Origin: a virus | Taxonomy: Duplodnaviria > Heunggongvirae > Uroviricota > Caudoviricetes | IMG/VR virus record: IMGVR_UViG_3300036985_002287 | Span: 30,613 to 94,612 of that record | Strand: one strand, 5' to 3' | DNA: 64,000 nt | Shown here: piece by piece, positions 59,322-64,000 of the stretch | Layout: every line of letters starts with the position of its first letter | How positions within the stretch are numbered: position 1 is the first letter of the stretch | The notes under the pieces: generated by a model | Told to the model about the DNA's origin: nothing | Seen by the model: the letters and a program-made list of their open reading frames with translations, nothing else | Databases searched by the model: none | Program-made: the position numbers and the translations under genes

Positions 59322-59555
59322 TTATAATGTCGGTTTTGGCTCTGTTGATTCTTTAATCTTAACACCAGCACTGCCCGCGCCTAAGAGTGATCCGTATGCT
59401 AGGCCGAAATTTACCATATCAAAAGCACCGCTCTTGTATATTTGGAATCCTGAAAATCCTAAGAAACAAACTACACCAACGATCCATAACCATCTTGCCG
59501 GATCATGCGTCTCGCCGTCCGGGCCTGTGAGTAAATCTTTAATCATTCTATTCAT
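59322..59555 (-). CDS. small membrane protein
   Basis: 77 aa; hydrophobic helices WLWIVGVVCFLGFSGF and GLAYGSLLGAGSAG. Confidence 0.5.
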   Translation of the reverse strand: MNRMIKDLLTGPDGETHDPARWLWIVGVVCFLGFSGFQIYKSGAFDMVNFGLAYGSLLGAGSAGVKIKESTEPKPTL

Positions 59556-59567
59556 TTTTACCTCCTA

Positions 59568-60533
59568 TTATTGCGGAACCTGATAAGAGTATATAATATG
59601 GCACAAACCGCTGCCCGAAGATCCTGCAACAGTTGCTATAACTTGCTCGGAGGCCCCTATTGTGAAGAATATATCGGCCTCATATATACCTGCAGTTTGT
59701 AAATCATTCTCCGTTGTTAACATAAATGCATCTATACCATCTGTAACAGATCCTACGCAAAGTGTAGCTGTAGTGTCGGGTACATCTACTAATACCTTGA
59801 CTGATAGAAGTGTCGAATTCGTAGGAATAAAGGTTCCTATCACAGTTGTGCCATCGACATTTAATGGTACTTCTGTCTGTAAAGATTTCACGGCCCCTGC
59901 TGCTGCGCCTGTTGTTATCGCATTATCTACATAAAATTTATTTGTTAAATCGTTTTCTGCAAGGCCTGTTGCATAGTCAACTGCTGTAGGCCCTATAATA
60001 GACAATTTATTAGTAATTCCTGCCGGCAATGATAGATATAGTGAGCCGAGTATAGAGGTTAATGTTAGTGTAGTATTACCCACTACTTCTAAGGATTCCG
60101 CAGCAGCCGATTCTAATATACCGCCGCCAGTTGTGCCTATTATAACCGACCCATTTCCATTCGGTATGAGTGTTATACTATAATTAGGTGCAATAGATGA
60201 TAGTGTTACACCTAGAGTATCTGTTGCAAGCCTGGCGCCATTTAGCCCGCCTATGAATAATGTACCATTTAGTCCATCCGGTATAAATGCTAATGCAGGA
60301 TCGGTTTGTAAAGGTAGCGTACCTTTGCCAAAAAGAATTTGGTTAGGTTCGAAATAATCGTTTCCAGTACCTCCCGACGGTACATCAAGTATAGTCGTAT
60401 TGCTATTTTGTTCGGCATTAATAAATGCCTTTCTTACCGAATCATATACAAGTGTTTGTCCTTGTTGTATATTCTTTATGAAGAATGTCGGTACATACTG
60501 ATTTAGTAAGGTGTTTTGTCCTACAATTGACAT
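59568..60533 (-). CDS. putative virion / fibre-like protein
   Basis: 321 aa, Gly/Thr/Asn/Ser/Leu-rich beta-type composition; no motif. Confidence 0.4.
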   Translation of the reverse strand: MSIVGQNTLLNQYVPTFFIKNIQQGQTLVYDSVRKAFINAEQNSNTTILDVPSGGTGNDYFEPNQILFGKGTLPLQTDPALAFIPDGLNGTLFIGGLNGARLATDTLGVTLSSIAPNYSITLIPNGNGSVIIGTTGGGILESAAAESLEVVGNTTLTLTSILGSLYLSLPAGITNKLSIIGPTAVDYATGLAENDLTNKFYVDNAITTGAAAGAVKSLQTEVPLNVDGTTVIGTFIPTNSTLLSVKVLVDVPDTTATLCVGSVTDGIDAFMLTTENDLQTAGIYEADIFFTIGASEQVIATVAGSSGSGLCHIIYSYQVPQ

Positions 60534-60545
60534 CGATATTATCCT

Positions 60546-60983
60546 TTATAAACTCAACAGAACACAATCAATTTGTCCATATTGCCATGTACTCCATTGT
60601 GGATTGACAACTACAGGTTGTAAATAATCGCGAGTTAATACTGCTCTCAGAAATACAAAATTTCCAATAAATGTGACTGCCATAGACCCGGTATCTCCAC
60701 CATTATTTCCTGTAGGTGCATAAGGGTCGAGTGGATATGGAATGAAGGGGGTATTAACGTCACCGTTTGGATTTAACTTAATCCAAAACCAATCTTCAGG
60801 TTGCGGATTTATGGCAAGAGTTCCTTGTATGCCAAATCCACCTACAAGATTTTGATATATTACTTGAACTGTGCATACTCCGTTGTCGTACCCGTAATAG
60901 GCATTTCCGCGAATAGGTTCCCCGATAACATTCCAATTTGTGCCTGTATTAGATAGCATCATTATACTTTTTCTGATAGCCAT
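60546..60983 (-). CDS. hypothetical protein
   Basis: Start trimmed to MAIRKS (GAAGGAA SD). Confidence 0.5.
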   Translation of the reverse strand: MAIRKSIMMLSNTGTNWNVIGEPIRGNAYYGYDNGVCTVQVIYQNLVGGFGIQGTLAINPQPEDWFWIKLNPNGDVNTPFIPYPLDPYAPTGNNGGDTGSMAVTFIGNFVFLRAVLTRDYLQPVVVNPQWSTWQYGQIDCVLLSL

Positions 60984-61040
60984 TCTTGTTCCTTCTTGTT
61001 CTCTATTATTTATCATAAGTAGACAAGAATTATAACCCAT

Positions 61041-61066
61041 AAAAAAGCCGCCTACTGGCGGCTTTC
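61041..61066 (-). terminator. intrinsic terminator
   Basis: AAGCCGCC-AGTA-GGCGGCTT followed by TTTTTT on minus strand after ClpA-like gene. Confidence 0.75.
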
Positions 61067-61079
61067 TATATTAGCTTAT

Positions 61080-63296
61080 TTAATTTAATATTTCTTCTAA
61101 GATAGGAGATATAACGTCAATACTCAATGCATCTCCTACAATGTCATAATCGACGTTTGCTCTACCGCCATTTCTTAATTTTCCGAATAAGATTTCTTTA
61201 GACAGTGGCTTTTTAACTTTCTCTTCAAACAACCGTTCAAATGGTCGCGCACCCATCTTAGGATCATATCCATTCTTAGCTAACCAGTCACGTGCTTGTT
61301 GAGTAACATTTATGCTAATATTCTTAGGAGAAAGCATTACGTCAAGCTTCTCTACCTCGGCGTTAACAATTAAGTTCATGCCAGACATAGTTAATTTATT
61401 AAATGTCACTATACCATCTAATCTATTTCTAAATTCCGGAGTAAAGAAGCGTTTAACTTCTGCTTCTACTGCATTACTATTGTCCTGATTGCCAAATCCG
61501 ATTTTTAATTTTTCAGTTTCGGCGGCACCCAGATTAGCCGACATAATAATTATCACATTTGAAAAATCAATTGTCTTACCTTTAGACGAAGTAAGCCGGC
61601 CGGCATCCATAACTTGTAATAATACACTAAGAACGTCCGGATTAGCCTTCTCAATTTCATCTAACAGTAATACACAGTTAGGATGTGTATCAATCGTCTG
61701 GATTAGTTGTCCCTCACCCATCTTACCTTCGCCGTGTCCTACATACCCGGGAGGCGCACCAATAAATTTAGATACAGTATGCTTTTCCATATACTCGGAC
61801 ATATCAAATCTAGCAAAATGTACACCCAATGTTTCGGCAAGTTTACTAGCCGTATAAGTCTTACCAGTTCCTGTAGGGCCAGTAAACAAGAAACTACCGA
61901 TGGGCTTAGATGGATTTCGTAATCCTGCCTTAGACATAAAAATAGCTTCGACTAATTTATCAATTGCTTCATCTTGTTCATATACCTTGTCCTTCATACG
62001 CGGAGCAAGATTCTCGAGTGAAGTATTCTCTTTCATATCAATCATATCAACAGGCATATGTGCAATCTTTGCCGCCTGCTGCACAATAGTATCGATAGTA
62101 ACGACTGTCTGATCCATCAGTTTAGTTATCGCGCCAGCTGAATCCATAATATCGATTGCTTTGTCAGGGAAGAACTTCGACTTCAGATATCGGTCAGCTA
62201 AATCCACGCACATATCTGTGGCACCTTCCTCGAAAGTAACACCATGGAATTTTTCGTATTGATAAGCAATACCTTTAAGAATTAATTTAGTCTCTATTGC
62301 GGACGGTTGTTCAATATCATATTTTTGGAAGCGACGAAGCAATGCTTTGTCCTTCTCGAAGTGTTGATGGAACTCGTCGTATGTGGTCGCACCTACACAA
62401 GTTAATTGTCCTTTGGCAAGCATAGGTTTCAACAAATTGCCTGCATCCATTTGACCACCACCTGCGGCGCCCGCACCTAAGATCATATGAATTTCATCAA
62501 TGAACATAATGCAGTTGCCCATTTTCTTAACTTGCTCTAAAACACCTTTAAGACGTTCTTCAAAGTCTCCACGGAATTTTGTGCCAGCAATCAGTGCGCC
62601 AACATCTAAACTATATACTACTTTGTTCTGTAATGCTTTAGGCACTTCTTTATTAACAATTTTTAATGCAAGTCCTTCAGCAAGTGCTGTCTTTCCAACA
62701 CCGGGTTCGCCCACGTAAACTACGTTATTCTTTCTGCGTCTAGCAAGAATTTCGATAGTATCCATAACTTCTTTTTCTCTACCGATTACAGGATCGATAG
62801 ATCCGTCAGTAGCTTCCTTATTCAGATTACGTGCATATTGATCTAAGAAAGTCTCATTAGGTCCTTGCTTTTCTTCCGACTTACGCAGTTGTCCCATAAT
62901 CTTTTCTCTGGTAACACCGTGTTTACCTAAGTAATAGAATGCATGACTAGTTTCTTCACTAAGGATACTCAGTAGAATACCTTCGTTAGTCAATTCTCTG
63001 CGACCCGAAAATATTACTTGAGTTAATGCACGTTGAAACGTGCGATTTAATACTGATGTACGCTTTGCCGGCACATCTTTGAGTGCATCAGGTTTCTTTA
63101 GTGCAGGATCACCCAAAAATTGGACAGTTTCGACCTTAATCTTAGCCGGTTGTCCGCCTACTGCAAGTATAAGTTCGTTAACTTCTTTCTCATGCAACAG
63201 AGATAATAGCATATGTTCTAAGGTTACATATTCGTGATTATTGTCATTAGCGAGAGTCACTGCTCTCTCGATCATCTTTTCTACTTTTTTAGTCAT
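61080..63296 (-). CDS. ClpA/ClpB-family double-AAA+ chaperone (ClpA-like length)
   Basis: Clp_N repeat; [15 protein letters not shown] and [15 protein letters not shown]alker A motifs; 738 aa, no long M-domain. Confidence 0.85.
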   Translation of the reverse strand: MTKKVEKMIERAVTLANDNNHEYVTLEHMLLSLLHEKEVNELILAVGGQPAKIKVETVQFLGDPALKKPDALKDVPAKRTSVLNRTFQRALTQVIFSGRRELTNEGILLSILSEETSHAFYYLGKHGVTREKIMGQLRKSEEKQGPNETFLDQYARNLNKEATDGSIDPVIGREKEVMDTIEILARRRKNNVVYVGEPGVGKTALAEGLALKIVNKEVPKALQNKVVYSLDVGALIAGTKFRGDFEERLKGVLEQVKKMGNCIMFIDEIHMILGAGAAGGGQMDAGNLLKPMLAKGQLTCVGATTYDEFHQHFEKDKALLRRFQKYDIEQPSAIETKLILKGIAYQYEKFHGVTFEEGATDMCVDLADRYLKSKFFPDKAIDIMDSAGAITKLMDQTVVTIDTIVQQAAKIAHMPVDMIDMKENTSLENLAPRMKDKVYEQDEAIDKLVEAIFMSKAGLRNPSKPIGSFLFTGPTGTGKTYTASKLAETLGVHFARFDMSEYMEKHTVSKFIGAPPGYVGHGEGKMGEGQLIQTIDTHPNCVLLLDEIEKANPDVLSVLLQVMDAGRLTSSKGKTIDFSNVIIIMSANLGAAETEKLKIGFGNQDNSNAVEAEVKRFFTPEFRNRLDGIVTFNKLTMSGMNLIVNAEVEKLDVMLSPKNISINVTQQARDWLAKNGYDPKMGARPFERLFEEKVKKPLSKEILFGKLRNGGRANVDYDIVGDALSIDVISPILEEILN

Positions 63297-63303
63297 GTTT
63301 ACC

Positions 63304-64000
63304 TTAAATATTTATAGATTCTCTGTGATTCAAAGACTTCATAATGTCCTTCTCTGCGTCACTTAAATTTTTAGGAATACTGATATTGATCCTAACCAAG
63401 ATATCGCCCTGCCTATCTATCTCGGGATTGTTCATACCTTTCCCACCTAATTTAACTATTTGCCCGGGCTGAATACCTGCCGGTATTGTAAACTGTAGTT
63501 TAGCACCGTCTATATGATCGAGTATAGCCTCCACGCCCAGAGCAGCTTCAGCGGAATTAATATTTACATCGACTAATAAGTCGTCGTTCGCCCTCTTAAA
63601 TTTATAATGAGGTTGAACATCTATACGGTATAATTTATTATCAGCGAAGAATCGTGTACCCGACCGTACTCCTCTAGGAATAGTCAAAGTAACTGACGAA
63701 TCGACCCTAATTACCTTACCCGAATAAGCATCTGCTAATGAAATATTTATAACAGTTATTTGTTGGCGGCGCTGAGTGCCACTATAGGGGTCGAATGATG
63801 CATTAGTTCCAAAGAATGATTTAAGCATATCTTCGACATCTCGTTGGTTAGTCGTACCATGTGCCCATTGCTGTGCATTTCCACCAGATAGACCTTCGTG
63901 ACCGTGTATATCGTACTGTCGACGCTTCTCGACATCGGCAAGAATTTCGTATGCCTCTTTAACTTCCTTGAAGTTAGCTTCGGCGGTCAGTTTTTCGGGC
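63304..64000 (-). CDS. DnaJ/CbpA-like J-domain co-chaperone (5' end beyond window)
   Basis: Frame stays open upstream of track ATG: ...FKEVKEAYEILADVEKRRQYDIHG (end of J domain), then DnaJ C-terminal beta-domains; no Zn-finger CxxCxGxG. Confidence 0.75.
   Translation of the reverse strand, partial: PEKLTAEANFKEVKEAYEILADVEKRRQYDIHGHEGLSGGNAQQWAHGTTNQRDVEDMLKSFFGTNASFDPYSGTQRRQQITVINISLADAYSGKVIRVDSSVTLTIPRGVRSGTRFFADNKLYRIDVQPHYKFKRANDDLLVDVNINSAEAALGVEAILDHIDGAKLQFTIPAGIQPGQIVKLGGKGMNNPEIDRQGDILVRINISIPKNLSDAEKDIMKSLNHRESINI

Noticed and set aside
61029-61034. TATAAT box upstream of 60546-60983
   Set aside because: There is no acceptable -35 (that position is inside the terminator hairpin) and no TG extension. 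It is not called as a promoter.
1-64000. Prophage or integrative element boundaries, integrase, transposase, att sites
   Set aside because: I recognised none. Gene content and uniform orientation fit an internal segment of a lytic-type large phage genome.

Overview
The window is a dense 64 kb segment coded almost entirely on the minus strand. It looks like the early/middle replication and auxiliary region of a large tailed phage of a Gram-negative, probably proteobacterial, host. About 125 ORFs are tightly packed or overlap by ATGA/ATGAATGA junctions. Only three genes are on the plus strand. There are three tRNAs. I found no rRNA, CRISPR array, integrase or transposase.

Recognisable functions (called by eye from motifs; no searches were run):
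- Replication and DNA metabolism: family-B DNA polymerase, a possible sliding clamp, ATP-dependent DNA ligase, FEN/RNase H-type 5'-3' exonuclease, two HNH endonucleases and one GIY-YIG endonuclease.
- DNA modification: a TGT/DpdA-like transglycosylase with QueD, QueE and MazG-like genes, interleaved with sugar-nucleotide enzymes.
- A radical-SAM/SPASM, PP-loop ATPase and TctC (Bug) binding-protein operon.
- MoxR AAA+ with a VWA/HExxH protein.
- ClpA-like and DnaJ-like chaperones.
- Other auxiliary genes: GGDEF cyclase, macro domain, Lar-like protein, SPFH protein, lambda-type phosphatase, MORN-repeat protein, secreted SleB-like and S11 DD-peptidase-like enzymes, and a disrupted IscU.

Most interesting observations:
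1. A roughly 1 kb ORF-free unit (2092-3132) runs from a perfect consensus promoter to an intrinsic terminator. It contains a complete hammerhead ribozyme core with matching stems.
2. A deazaguanine plus glycosylation gene block sits directly downstream of the polymerase.
3. About 25 near-consensus sigma70-type promoters are present. At least eight sit 5-7 nt from the ATG, which implies leaderless mRNAs.
4. iscU is interrupted by a 7-nt insertion, next to a homing-endonuclease gene.
5. A tandem family of small paralogs has start/stop junctions conserved at the DNA level.

All product calls are motif recognition by eye and need HMM/BLAST confirmation. Start codons of small ORFs are often uncertain.
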